The notes under the pieces are model-generated. The model searched no databases and was not told the origin of the DNA. It worked only from the letters and a program-made list of their open reading frames with translations. Positions 39,048 through 48,578 of a stretch of DNA of 64,000 bases are shown piece after piece. Source of the DNA: a virus (lineage: Duplodnaviria > Caudoviricetes); IMG/VR virus record IMGVR_UViG_3300012007_000001, positions 32,001 to 96,000 of that record; one strand, given 5' to 3'. Both the position numbers and the translations under genes were made by a program. Numbering within the stretch: position 1 is the first letter of the stretch; each line of letters starts with the position of its first letter.

Positions 39048-39890
39048 TTAACCTTTGCCATACTTCTTGATGTAGTCCTGCGGCAGCATACCATATCTTT
39101 TCTTGAAAGCATCAACCATCCTTGCCTGACCTTCATTGTCAAGACCATAGACGTTATCAACTGTTCCACGCGCTGATTTCAGGACTTCCTCAACATTATC
39201 CTCCTTCGGCTTCGCCTTGAAGAATGTCGGTTGCGGCTGTTCTCCAGTCGATGACGGCAACACCTTGGATGTAATGCTTTTCGTCGGGTCTATACCGTTC
39301 TTTTCGCAGTATTCCTTATATGTGATGGCCGAAAGCCTGTCCTGCTCTTCCTTGAGTGCTTCCATCTTGCGCTCATACCTGTATTTTGCGACGTTTCTTT
39401 CAACCATAAACTCACGCAGGGATTTTGTGATTGCCAGCGGGTCAACAGTACCGTAAAACTCCGCATACTTACCCAACTTGAAGTTATAGAAGAAAAGCAT
39501 CAGTTCCGTTATACGCAGATACGGATATTGCGTCACGATGATTTGCGCCAGCTGCCTCAGTTGGTTCTCGTTCAGCTTATCCTTTGCACCGACAAACTCT
39601 GACAGGTCGAAAAGCTGTGCCACAAGCCACTGTTGCGCCGTGTTGCTAAGATATGCCACATTCAGGTGTGCCAGTGTAGGCACATTGCCGAAATAGCAGA
39701 AGAAATCATTCTTGACGGCCTCAAACTGTGCATCAGGATTGAATGTTTTCAAAAACTGCTTATCAGTACCGAACATGCGCTTAATCGTCGCTTTCAGTTC
39801 CTTCCGCTCTAAGTTTGCTAATAAGGTTGGCCGCGTCATTAAGGCGTTGCTCTGTTGTTGTGCCACTTCCATTGTAGGTTTGTTTGCCAT
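39048..39890 (-). CDS. replication-associated protein (DUF6633-like / helicase loader candidate)
   Basis: ITELMLFFY.FK.GKY..FYG.VDP..I; follows initiator-like gene; start uncertain. Confidence 0.6.
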   Translation of the reverse strand: MANKPTMEVAQQQSNALMTRPTLLANLERKELKATIKRMFGTDKQFLKTFNPDAQFEAVKNDFFCYFGNVPTLAHLNVAYLSNTAQQWLVAQLFDLSEFVGAKDKLNENQLRQLAQIIVTQYPYLRITELMLFFYNFKLGKYAEFYGTVDPLAITKSLREFMVERNVAKYRYERKMEALKEEQDRLSAITYKEYCEKNGIDPTKSITSKVLPSSTGEQPQPTFFKAKPKEDNVEEVLKSARGTVDNVYGLDNEGQARMVDAFKKRYGMLPQDYIKKYGKG

Positions 39891-40467
39891 GATTGAATAC
39901 CCTTTCATTGCCTGCCCATGTTGCAAGCCTTTGACCTATTTCAAACGCGCCTTTGTCGCGCTCCTTCTCAAAAAGCATCTTCTTGCCGCCATTGTTTATC
40001 TGAGTCCAGTAGGAATAGAACTTGTTTAGCATATCCCTACCATACTTTTCCAAATACGGTTTCAGCTTCTCCGCAAACTCTGCCTTTCGTTCATCTAAGG
40101 TCTTTTTTGCAGAAGGTACAGGCGTTTTCGGCTGTTCGCCCTTGTCATCGTCTTTGTTCCTTGCTTGTTTTTTGGGCTTTTTCGGTGTGATGTATCTTTC
40201 AATGTCACAGACGGTTATCTGCAAAACGTTCCTTGTTGTTCCCCGTCTCGTTACCTTGTTAGTATCGGTTAAGCAGATTTCAGCCTGCTTAAATTTTGCG
40301 AGGCAGTTCCGAATGGTCTGCACAGACAATCCAGTATCATTCTCGATTTCGGCATAGGACTTTTGCAGCACACCGTCATTCGATTCCAACAGCAGATACA
40401 GAAAGAAGTGCTCCATATTGGCATTACCATTCAGGACGGCCAAAATTTCATCATCCAGCTGTATCAT
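39781..40467 (-). CDS. phage replication initiator-like protein
   Basis: N-terminal wHTH (S..EI...TGLS.QTIR..L); C-terminal YG..ML..FY.YW...RL.TW. Confidence 0.7.
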   Translation of the reverse strand: MIQLDDEILAVLNGNANMEHFFLYLLLESNDGVLQKSYAEIENDTGLSVQTIRNCLAKFKQAEICLTDTNKVTRRGTTRNVLQITVCDIERYITPKKPKKQARNKDDDKGEQPKTPVPSAKKTLDERKAEFAEKLKPYLEKYGRDMLNKFYSYWTQINNGGKKMLFEKERDKGAFEIGQRLATWAGNERVFNHGKQTYNGSGTTTEQRLNDAANLISKLRAEGTESDD

Positions 40468-40469
40468 AC

Positions 40470-41648
40470 TTAATAGAATTTATTGGTTAGTTGTCTGCCG
40501 TTTGATTCGACAATCCATTTGCCTCGGCCAGTGTCACGCAGCCACAAGTCCTCAACCTTTCCGAATTGCTGGTAAGTCTTGCACAGGTCAACAATCCAGC
40601 CCTTCTTTTCGATATACGGGCGAATTGCACGGCCTACAATCTGATACCACATAGCCAGTGAACGTGTCGGCCTTGCCATTACGATAGTGTCTAATTCAGG
40701 ATAGTCAAAGCCAGTGGTCAAAACGGCTGCATTCGCCACGACCTTGATAGTTCCAGCCTTGAACTCTTCCAAAATCCTGTCACGTTCTTTCGGCTTGGTA
40801 TCTCCAGTAACCAATGCCGCCGTCACACCTTCGGCCATCAGCCTGTTCACAAGATAGTCGGCCTCGTAGATAAACCGCGTGAACACCAGTATTCCGTGAC
40901 GTGGCACTTTGCTGTTATACACCAGCCTGTGCGTTATCTGATACAGCCACTCCTTGATGTCAACACGCTCATATTCCGCTTGCACCGATTTGTCGGTATA
41001 GTCTGCACCTGTGCTGTTGACTACCAGCTTCGACGAATCCCAACCCTTCGGCGGGCAGTCGAAATAGTCAAGCTGTGCAAGAAAGCCCTTCCGTAGCAAA
41101 TCCTGTATCTGAACATAATATATCACCCTGTCAAACACTCGCGGATTTGAGCGCGTGATGAATTTCAGCATTGAGCCGTAATCCTGATATGATACCAGTC
41201 TGTAAGGCGTGGCCGTCAGTCCAAGAATCTTTGTGTCGCCCAAAGCCTGAAAGAAATCCTTATACATTCCTTCCTTCGGATTCACGCGATGGCACTCGTC
41301 AACGATGATATACTTGAACCTCTTGAACATTTCAGGATGGCTTTTCACGCTGCCAATCATGGCAAACGTGACACGCGATATTTCCTTCTTGTTGAATGAT
41401 GCCGAATAGATGCTACAGTCAGTCATGCCATACGAACAATACTTCTTATAGTTCTGTTCCAGTATCTCCTTGTTTGGCTGAAACACAAGCACATTATCAT
41501 CCAGCCGATTAGCTATGTCTGCGATGATAAGCGACTTTCCGCATCCAGTAGGCGCAACAATCAGGCCGTTATACTTTTGGCCGTCAGTAAAGAATTTTAT
41601 CGCTGCATCCGAGGCTTCCTGTTGATAATCCCTTAATTTGTACGTCAT
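40470..41648 (-). CDS. SF2 DEAD/DEAH-box helicase (RadD-like)
   Basis: LRDYQ, PTGCGKS, DECH, LTATP, LTTGFD, QIVGR. Confidence 0.92.
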   Translation of the reverse strand: MTYKLRDYQQEASDAAIKFFTDGQKYNGLIVAPTGCGKSLIIADIANRLDDNVLVFQPNKEILEQNYKKYCSYGMTDCSIYSASFNKKEISRVTFAMIGSVKSHPEMFKRFKYIIVDECHRVNPKEGMYKDFFQALGDTKILGLTATPYRLVSYQDYGSMLKFITRSNPRVFDRVIYYVQIQDLLRKGFLAQLDYFDCPPKGWDSSKLVVNSTGADYTDKSVQAEYERVDIKEWLYQITHRLVYNSKVPRHGILVFTRFIYEADYLVNRLMAEGVTAALVTGDTKPKERDRILEEFKAGTIKVVANAAVLTTGFDYPELDTIVMARPTRSLAMWYQIVGRAIRPYIEKKGWIVDLCKTYQQFGKVEDLWLRDTGRGKWIVESNGRQLTNKFY

Positions 41649-41886
41649 CTTTCAAACCAGTATTTTTTCGGCCTGTCCTCAATCTGAGGCTCGCCGTTTC
41701 GTTTCTCTGACTTTCCACATGCCCGCGTACTGGCACACATCTTGCCTTCTCCAGCACTGCATTCACTTATCAGCGGGTCATTGCCATACCTGACAATATG
41801 CCCGAACTTGCAGTTATAGCAGGTGTCGGCTCGTTCCACTCTTACGGTTGTGGTGGTTGTTGTTGATGTCCTACCTCTTCCCATTC

Positions 41887-42429
41887 TTAAAACCTTTCAG
41901 ATTCAAATGCCTTTACCAAGCATTCATAGTATTTGATAAGTTCCTGCAATTCGGGTGCTGACCATTTCTTTGTCATGTTCGCCCTTCGTCCAAGGGCTTC
42001 AACCTTTTCTTTGCCTAACTCCCGAACCTTGTAATATCGCTTTTCCACGTCAGCGATATTCAGACCACGGGCGAGGTATTCCTTATATCCTAACTTGTTG
42101 ATTAGGTTATCACGGTAATTCAAAAGATTGCCCTGTTCAAAACGGTTGCAGTGGCGGCACTGGCCATTGCAGTTTTCTTCATCCCATCGTGTATTCATGT
42201 TCCGTCTGCTGTGAAAGTGGCCACAATCCATCTGACTGTACGGCTTCGTCTCACCGCAGGATATACACACAAACTGATAATATCCGAAGTTCCTGCTATC
42301 CCTTAGTCTGATGTACTTGCTGAAAACCACATCCAGCTTGTCTCTTAACGACTTGATGCTGGGTGTACGCTTACGGGGCTTTTTCTGCTGAATTTCGGTC
42401 TTTTTCTTTGGCTTACTGTTGTATAGCAT
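41887..42429 (-). CDS. NinG/Rap-like recombination endonuclease
   Basis: FSKYIRLRD, CISCG, DCGHF.SR, NCNGQC..CN. Confidence 0.88.
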   Translation of the reverse strand: MLYNSKPKKKTEIQQKKPRKRTPSIKSLRDKLDVVFSKYIRLRDSRNFGYYQFVCISCGETKPYSQMDCGHFHSRRNMNTRWDEENCNGQCRHCNRFEQGNLLNYRDNLINKLGYKEYLARGLNIADVEKRYYKVRELGKEKVEALGRRANMTKKWSAPELQELIKYYECLVKAFESERF

Positions 42430-42444
42430 GTTATAAGTTGTTAT

Positions 42445-42547
42445 TGGTGGGATGGCAGGGAGTCGAACCCTCTTTCAGTGTATTAACGTTCTCTTTTTAT
42501 GGCACTCAAGAAAGCTGCTTTGTCGCCCGTGCGACGTTTTCCACCCC
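42445..42547 (-). ncRNA. tRNA-like RNA: acceptor stem + T arm + encoded CCA, non-canonical interior
   Basis: GGGGTGG...AGGG-TTCGACT-CCCT-G-CCATCCC-A-CCA. Confidence 0.55.
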
Positions 42548-42607
42548 GTTTGAAAAACCACCCCGCGCCCACGATTGACGCGAGGCAGTCTGAAAAAATG
42601 AAAGAAG

Positions 42608-43060
42608 TTAATACATAAATTCTTTGTTTGCTTCTATCTGCTGCTGGGCATAGATAAGAAACTCATGATTCGATGCGTCAGGCAGCGGTATTCCAATCTG
42701 TGCCGACCAGTTCATAAACCTTTCGATAGACAGGCGCATTTCGTCAACTGACAAATCGGCTGAACTGCGAAGGTACTCGACGGTCTGACCTTTCCGATTC
42801 ACGCGGGTAGATGTAAAAATATCCTTGTTGCACCTTTCCTTATAGAACCGAACCTTTGCCTCGTCAAGTCCGCAACCGTATTCACAGGCGAAGAACCCCA
42901 AAAGCACATGCAGGTATGCGTTCTGCGACAAAGTGCGCTGCGGCTTCTTCTCGACAAGTTCCACGGTGACGGTTTCTTTATTCTTTACCCGTTCAATCAT
43001 CTTCTGAACCTTTTCAATGAACTTGCTGAATTGCAAGTCATCATTAAGCCTGTATATCAT
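42608..43060 (-). CDS. NinB/Orf-like protein
   Basis: RTLSQNAYLH...RSSADL...EM...IE. Confidence 0.7.
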   Translation of the reverse strand: MIYRLNDDLQFSKFIEKVQKMIERVKNKETVTVELVEKKPQRTLSQNAYLHVLLGFFACEYGCGLDEAKVRFYKERCNKDIFTSTRVNRKGQTVEYLRSSADLSVDEMRLSIERFMNWSAQIGIPLPDASNHEFLIYAQQQIEANKEFMY

Positions 43061-43077
43061 AGTTTACAAATTTAGCA

Positions 43078-43647
43078 TCAGAACGGAAGGTCATCTGCAC
43101 CACCTCCTGTTGCACCATCGGCAGGTGGCGGGAACGGAACAGAACCCTCCTGTGCCTGTGCATTGTTCTGCGGCTGCTGTGCTGCACCATGAGACTGCTG
43201 GCCTTGGCCTTGGAAACCTGCCGTCGCTCCAGTCTGCGGGATGTTACCAGCACCGATTGCAGGTCGCCCGCTGCCGTTGCCGTCACCCTTACCAGTCAGA
43301 CAGATGTCAGATGCCACGATGTCAGTCACGTACATCTTTACATCGGAATGTGTCTTGTGGTCATAGGTGCGATATTGCAGTTCACCAGTTATAAACAGCT
43401 TGTCACCCTTCTTGACATACTTCTCGACGATTTCTGCCAGCTTGCGCCATGCAACGATGTGATGCCATTGAGTGACTTCGGGAACTTCCGTACCATCCTG
43501 CCGTTTGTAGCCGCCTTTCGTAGTAGCCAGCGAGAATTGCGCCACCTTGACATTCGGCTCATTCGGGTTGTTGGTCGGTATTGTGGCAATTTCGGGGTCT
43601 TTTCCGACATTGCCCATCAACGTTACTTGATTGAATGATTTTGCCAT
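43078..43647 (-). CDS. ssb: single-stranded DNA-binding protein
   Basis: N.V.L.GNVGKDPE, FSLAT, WH.IV.W, C-terminal DDLPF. Confidence 0.95.
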   Translation of the reverse strand: MAKSFNQVTLMGNVGKDPEIATIPTNNPNEPNVKVAQFSLATTKGGYKRQDGTEVPEVTQWHHIVAWRKLAEIVEKYVKKGDKLFITGELQYRTYDHKTHSDVKMYVTDIVASDICLTGKGDGNGSGRPAIGAGNIPQTGATAGFQGQGQQSHGAAQQPQNNAQAQEGSVPFPPPADGATGGGADDLPF

Positions 43648-43759
43648 TGTATTTCTGTTTTTGAAAGTTCAAAGGATAGTGGCAGCGGTTTTCCCAAATC
43701 ACTGCCACCGAGGTCTCATAATTGCCATTTACGATTTATTCTAAACAAGTTGCTAAAGT

Positions 43760-44656
43760 CTATCTTACCTTGAATGTCAGACTTTCCTTTACGTTGGTTT
43801 CCTTGAGATACTTGTTATACAAGTCCTCATTGTCTGCCATCAGCTGTTTGGAGTCGAAACGCTTCTGCGTAGATGCGGCCTTGAGTGTAATCAGCACCTT
43901 TCCAGTGTCGATTGACTTCTTGCCATCAGCGGCCATGCGCTTCATCAAGTCGGCCTTGATTTTCTCCAGTTCCTCGTCGATTTCTGCCTTGCGCTGTGAC
44001 AGGGCGATGATTGACTCCTCCTCGATAGAAACGTAGTCGGGGATTTCGCTTGCCCATGTGAAAGGCATGTCGTTGATGTCTGCATGAAGCAACTCCTTGA
44101 CAAGTTCCACGGGCTTGCGCTCAACCGCTATCAGGCGGGCGATGTCACCGCGAAGCCACAGGCCATACAAGCCCTTGACGGGGATATTGGGGTTCATCAG
44201 TTCAAAGAAATAGGCATAGATTGACAGCTGCCACGATACCGATTCCTTGTCAAACTTTGATGTGGTCTTTGCATCGGTCAAGAAAACGGCTGGCGTTCCG
44301 TCGGTCAGCACGATGTCAATAGATGAAGCGTAATTCTCGCCATCGGTGACAAGGTACTCGTTTTCCACCGTTTTCAGCCCGTGCTCTTCTTTCAGCTTCA
44401 GATAGTTCTTAACCTCCTGCACGTCGGGATTGACACCCAGCGAATCAGCCAGTTCTATCTGTTCGTGAATGAACGAGCCTCTTTCGGCTGCACGTTCCAT
44501 CATTTCCTTCGACACAAACTTGTATTTGTCGGGGAAAAGTCGGCGTTCCAGTACACCAGTAACGCCCTGTAGCTGCTTGCCGTTCAGCCAGTACTCATGC
44601 TCTTCCTGTTTGAACTCAACAGCACACTTTGCTAATTTGATTTTCTTTGTTGCCAT
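43760..44656 (-). CDS. PD-(D/E)XK exonuclease (YqaJ/Cas4-like)
   Basis: RGSFIH, E..V, ID, DAKTT, WQLSIY. Confidence 0.8.
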   Translation of the reverse strand: MATKKIKLAKCAVEFKQEEHEYWLNGKQLQGVTGVLERRLFPDKYKFVSKEMMERAAERGSFIHEQIELADSLGVNPDVQEVKNYLKLKEEHGLKTVENEYLVTDGENYASSIDIVLTDGTPAVFLTDAKTTSKFDKESVSWQLSIYAYFFELMNPNIPVKGLYGLWLRGDIARLIAVERKPVELVKELLHADINDMPFTWASEIPDYVSIEEESIIALSQRKAEIDEELEKIKADLMKRMAADGKKSIDTGKVLITLKAASTQKRFDSKQLMADNEDLYNKYLKETNVKESLTFKVR

Positions 44657-44667
44657 GATGTTTGAAT

Positions 44668-45474
44668 TTATTTTTTCTTGACTGCCTTTTTCCTTGCCGA
44701 CAATGCCGCCGATATGACTGCAAATCCACCTTGGCTCACCTGACCGTTGTAACTGTTATAGATTTCAGTCAGCTGCTTGATAGTCGTGGCCTTCTCGATT
44801 TCCGAAAGTGCCTTTTGCACAAGTGCCGTCTCTTCATTCTGAGGAGCCTGTGCGGTCGGTGCGGGGATGCCTACTTGCGGTGTTCCTGTAGGTGCTGGCA
44901 AACTGCTTTCCGATGACGGAGCAGGCTGCTCTTGGTTCTGAATGGTTTTGGGCGTATGTGCGTTTGGATAACTGTATCTTAACCGTCCGAAAGCATCCAC
45001 GATGACCAGTTTATTAATCTTGCGGCTGTCATTGTAGCCGATGTCGCTTACAAAGAACCAGTTGTTCCGAACCTTGCCGTCTTTGCCGAAATCGTCTTGG
45101 CAAAGGTTGATGAACAGGTCTTTTGGCGCAGAATAGAGTTCGCGGCCAATGCCGATGTTCACGCAGGCACGTTTGAATGCGTCACTGGCCTCGCCTTTCT
45201 CCTTGGCCGTGAACGATTCCTTTCCGACATCCTGCTTCGATACCCACTGCTTAGTGGTCTCGTCATAGATTTCTACCGTACAGAACAGTTCAGTGTCAAT
45301 CAGCTGGTGGCTTCGCTTCCATCCGAAAATCCCGAATGTCTCATCGAGCACGGCTTGGTCGCAGCGGGCATCCTTATACAATGCCAGCTGACACCAGCTG
45401 TTGTTTTTCGCTGTCTGTAGCACCCTGCACTGGATTTCCTCCGCCCGCAGGGTTCTGATTTCTACATTTCGCAT
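44668..45474 (-). CDS. Rad52/Sak-like single-strand annealing protein
   Basis: YKDAR....LDE.FG..GW; KGEASDAFKRA....GIGRELY. Confidence 0.85.
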   Translation of the reverse strand: MRNVEIRTLRAEEIQCRVLQTAKNNSWCQLALYKDARCDQAVLDETFGIFGWKRSHQLIDTELFCTVEIYDETTKQWVSKQDVGKESFTAKEKGEASDAFKRACVNIGIGRELYSAPKDLFINLCQDDFGKDGKVRNNWFFVSDIGYNDSRKINKLVIVDAFGRLRYSYPNAHTPKTIQNQEQPAPSSESSLPAPTGTPQVGIPAPTAQAPQNEETALVQKALSEIEKATTIKQLTEIYNSYNGQVSQGGFAVISAALSARKKAVKKK

Positions 45475-45609
45475 AACTTCTTCATTTTTATAATTAAAAA
45501 AAGGGATTATCTTTTCCAGTAGTACCAATGCTCCCCTGCCCGAATTGACAGGGGAGCGCATCGCTTGGCTCTTCACTTACCACCAAGACGGACTTCTCAG
45601 GTTCCTACG

Positions 45610-45921
45610 TCAGATATGGAGATTTTCATTCATTACGTTTTTCAGCCTGACAGACATCAGCAGTTTCTTCGTGTCGGCGAAAGAGAACAGGCATGACGTG
45701 TTCTTTCCGTTATCCTGCCTCTGTTTCAGCAGACCGTCTGCAATCCAGCGGTCAATGATGCAGGGCTTGAATCCCATACGACTGACATACCGCTTTATCT
45801 CAGACCTTTTCACATAGTCCTGTTCGGGCTCGATGCTTCTCCTGTATTCCTGTACGCCAGCATCTACGGCAGACGCACACAACTCCATCAGCGTTTGGAG
45901 TTTGATAGTAACTGTTTCCAT
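45610..45921 (-). CDS. excisionase-like/wHTH DNA-binding protein
   Basis: IDRWIADGLL pattern, early-operon position. Confidence 0.5.
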   Translation of the reverse strand: METVTIKLQTLMELCASAVDAGVQEYRRSIEPEQDYVKRSEIKRYVSRMGFKPCIIDRWIADGLLKQRQDNGKNTSCLFSFADTKKLLMSVRLKNVMNENLHI

Positions 45922-45925
45922 TGCC

Positions 45926-46141
45926 TTAGTCGTTGTTGATTATACACATCAGCCCAAGCGGGGCATTCTTCGTGATAGAATATCGCTTGTGGCCTATCTT
46001 CCCATTGATTTCAGATGCTTTCGCCCTGAATGACTTCACGTTGACTTTAGACAGGTCGAACTCCCGAATGTCACCAGCCTGAACATCACGAATGGTTTTC
46101 TCAAGAAAGCCGTTGCGATAGGTTTTTCTTCTTTTCTTCAT
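45926..46141 (-). CDS. small basic protein
   Basis: first ORF after the tRNA cluster. Confidence 0.55.
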   Translation of the reverse strand: MKKRRKTYRNGFLEKTIRDVQAGDIREFDLSKVNVKSFRAKASEINGKIGHKRYSITKNAPLGLMCIINND

Positions 46142-46157
46142 CTTCTTTTCCGTTTAG

Positions 46158-46228
46158 TTGGAGAAACGGGAGTCGAACCCATACAAACAGACCCAAATTC
46201 TGTTGTGCTACCATTACACCATTCTCCA
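46158..46228 (-). tRNA. tRNA-Gln (TTG)
   Basis: TGGAGAA TG GTGT..GCAC A ACAGA ATTTGGG TCTGT ..ATGGG TTCGACT CCCGT TTCTCCA A. Confidence 0.9.
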
Positions 46229-46448
46229 GTATGACGGCCTTTTGAGCCGCCCACCTTGAACACCGCCAATGTCGTCACCGTCAACAGCCGCAGGATTTAA
46301 GCGGACATCCACCCACATGCTACCCTTTCCGATTTTTTGGGGATTGCGCAGATACTCTCACATGCTTTAGGCTCGCTTTCGGTATAGGTCGCGCCCCTTA
46401 ACGCTTCCAAATGTACTCGCTTGTGGTGCGTGTTCTGATACAAGACTG

Positions 46449-46520
46449 TACCCCATGCAAGAATCGAACTTGCCTTGACAGGTCGAAAACCTGTAGTCCT
46501 AACCGATAGACGAAAGGGGC
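46449..46520 (-). tRNA. tRNA-Glu (TTC)
   Basis: GCCCCTT TC GTCT..GGAC T ACAGG TTTTCGA CCTGT ..GCAAG TTCGATT CTTGC ATGGGGT A. Confidence 0.9.
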
Positions 46521-46776
46521 ATCATCCCGCATTTGAAGGTGCGGGCAACCTTATATGTTATATATAATGTGATACGTTCATCCGAAAATAAGATGTTCCA
46601 GCCATTATACTTACGTTCGTTTCAAAACAGATGCCATTGCTGGCATCCCATCAGTCGAAGCGGCTTATGTTGTTCACCGCTTCCGATGACCTGCTTTCAG
46701 ACTTGTTTGTGATTACCGCAGCCATCGCCGCTACACATCCGCTCCTACTTGCAGGATTAGCCTTTATTGTTCCACT

Positions 46777-46818
46777 ATGTCAAAGAACTCCGTTTGCCTG
46801 TTCGCCGTTGCTGGCGAG
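46777..46818 (-). promoter_or_regulatory. boxB-like hairpin + boxA-like antitermination site
   Basis: TCGCC-AGCAAC-GGCGA followed by GTTCTTTGACAT, upstream of the tRNAs. Confidence 0.5.
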
Positions 46819-46830
46819 ACTGGCTACGCA

Positions 46831-47175
46831 TCAGAACCGATTCCTAAAGAACCAGCCATTTGCCAGTGACGGGGATTTTTCAAAATCACATCGGGGGTCT
46901 TCGGCCTCCTCGTAATCAACCTCCCACCAGTCGGGCAACTGCGATGCTATCTTCTCCTCCAGCAATGGCGACTGATGCTCGTTAAGAGTTCCGTCAGCGT
47001 CATAGTGGTAGATAATGACTTCTTTTTCTGTCGGTGACATCGAGACTTCAATCTCCGTGTGACCAAATTCACGCAGGGTAATACGTGCGGTTTTTTCACC
47101 AGCGGCCTTGTTTTCTGCCACTGAAACCTTCACGGCCTCCTTCACCTTATTTATAATAATACTTAAATTCTTCAT
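46831..47175 (-). CDS. hypothetical early protein
   Basis: first ORF after the promoter at 47247-47279; start approximate (MKNLS). Confidence 0.55.
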   Translation of the reverse strand: MKNLSIIINKVKEAVKVSVAENKAAGEKTARITLREFGHTEIEVSMSPTEKEVIIYHYDADGTLNEHQSPLLEEKIASQLPDWWEVDYEEAEDPRCDFEKSPSLANGWFFRNRF

Positions 47176-47246
47176 TTTTTCAACTTCTTTTTTGCCAGTC
47201 TGCAAAATATTCACTATATTTGCAGATGTATTAACGATTTCTGTTT

Positions 47247-47300
47247 GCAAAGATAGTGCTTATTTTCAGAACTACCAAGAAAAAGTCTGATTATTTGCAG
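47247..47300 (-). promoter_or_regulatory. early leftward promoter with tandem operators
   Basis: TTGGTAGTTCTGAAAATAAGCACTATCTTTGCA plus TCTGATTATTTGCAGA. Confidence 0.7.
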
Positions 47301-47605
47301 AATGTTTGTATTTCTTAACAAGGCGAAACGGTTTTTAAGAAATTAAATAACTTTATTTGCCTATATTGTGAGAAAGTTGCAGAGTTTCATTTATCAAAAT
47401 GCACATGATTTCGTTGATGGCGGTCTTTGACATTCTGACCCTGCTTAGACGGCCTTTTGGATTTCAGGTGATGAATTTGCCGATTTTCGGCGTTTTTCGC
47501 GGTCTATGACCCTAAAAATCGGTTTTCTGCCTGCTCACGCGCCTACTGGAGAGCGCGGGTGCGCTATGGTTGAGTGCTTTCTTTATGGGTGCGGTTTTGA
47601 ATACA

Positions 47606-48400
47606 TCAGGCATACTGTCTCTCCCTTCGGATTAAGTCACAGGAATATTTGTAGATGTTGGTGCGCTGGCACAGGATTTTGCCGCCCTTTCGGAAGAAAT
47701 AGCCGCCAAAGCCGATTTCTTTCATGTATAGCGGTGCAAGTGAGCAGAAGTTCGCTGGATTGATGCCAGTCTCTTCAAGCTGTTCATCCTTTCGGAGTGC
47801 GCCGTTTGCCAAAAGTGCGCCCATCAGCTTGCGCTCGGAATACCGCTTCGTGTTCGTCAGCTGCATGATGCGGCCATTGCTCAGGCCACGTCGGAATGAT
47901 TGTGATGGGAGCATACTTGATGTTCTACGGTACATCCGTTTCAGACGGCCATACGGGATGCGTCGGCCATCTTCATCAAAGCCCGTAGTCAGTGCTTTAT
48001 AAGTATTCCCGCAATCGTTCTGTTTCTTGACGTGGTTCAGGATAATGGAAGCACGGATGCCTCTGATTACATCAGCGATACGCATAGGACATTCGCCATT
48101 GGTGGGAACATCGAAGCTGAATCGGCATGTATAGTCACCAGCGGTCTTTACAGGACATGCGACAATGGATTTGCCGTCACGCCTGACATAGCCGCCGTCA
48201 AGGGCATTCTTCAACACGCGGGCGGTCTTTGCACTGCCCATGTGGAAGATGCGCATAAGGTTTCTGTTTGTGGGGTTGTTGACGCGAGATGAACGAAAGG
48301 CCATCTTCACCATCACGGCAAAGGCCAAGCCCTCCAGCCGTTCTTTGGAACGGACTGCGAAGGATGCCTCGCTGATTGATATGTAGATTGACCTCTTCAT
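47606..48400 (-). CDS. basic hypothetical protein, divergent from repressor
   Basis: 264 aa from MKRSIY; HTH-like NRNLMRIFHMGSAKTARVL. Confidence 0.6.
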   Translation of the reverse strand: MKRSIYISISEASFAVRSKERLEGLAFAVMVKMAFRSSRVNNPTNRNLMRIFHMGSAKTARVLKNALDGGYVRRDGKSIVACPVKTAGDYTCRFSFDVPTNGECPMRIADVIRGIRASIILNHVKKQNDCGNTYKALTTGFDEDGRRIPYGRLKRMYRRTSSMLPSQSFRRGLSNGRIMQLTNTKRYSERKLMGALLANGALRKDEQLEETGINPANFCSLAPLYMKEIGFGGYFFRKGGKILCQRTNIYKYSCDLIRRERQYA

Positions 48401-48507
48401 ACAAAAGGGAATCCCCGAATCGTGCTTGCACCACGAAACGGGGATTGGAAATATGTTAGTAACATAAATCGTTGCGCCAGTCATCAATGTGCAAGATTGA
48501 TTTCGGG

Positions 48508-48577
48508 TGCAAAGATAGTGATTATTTTCAGAACTGCAAAACTTTCTGATTATTTTCACCTAAATTAACTCTTGCAC
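48508..48577. promoter_or_regulatory. immunity-region promoter with tandem operators
   Basis: GTGATTATTTTCAGA and CTGATTATTTTCAC between the divergent genes; TATCTTTGCA on minus strand. Confidence 0.7.
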
Positions 48578-48578
48578 T

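Noticed and set aside
42445-42547. tmRNA
   Set aside because: Only 103 nt, the wobble pair is G4-U69 rather than G3-U70, and there is no tag reading frame.
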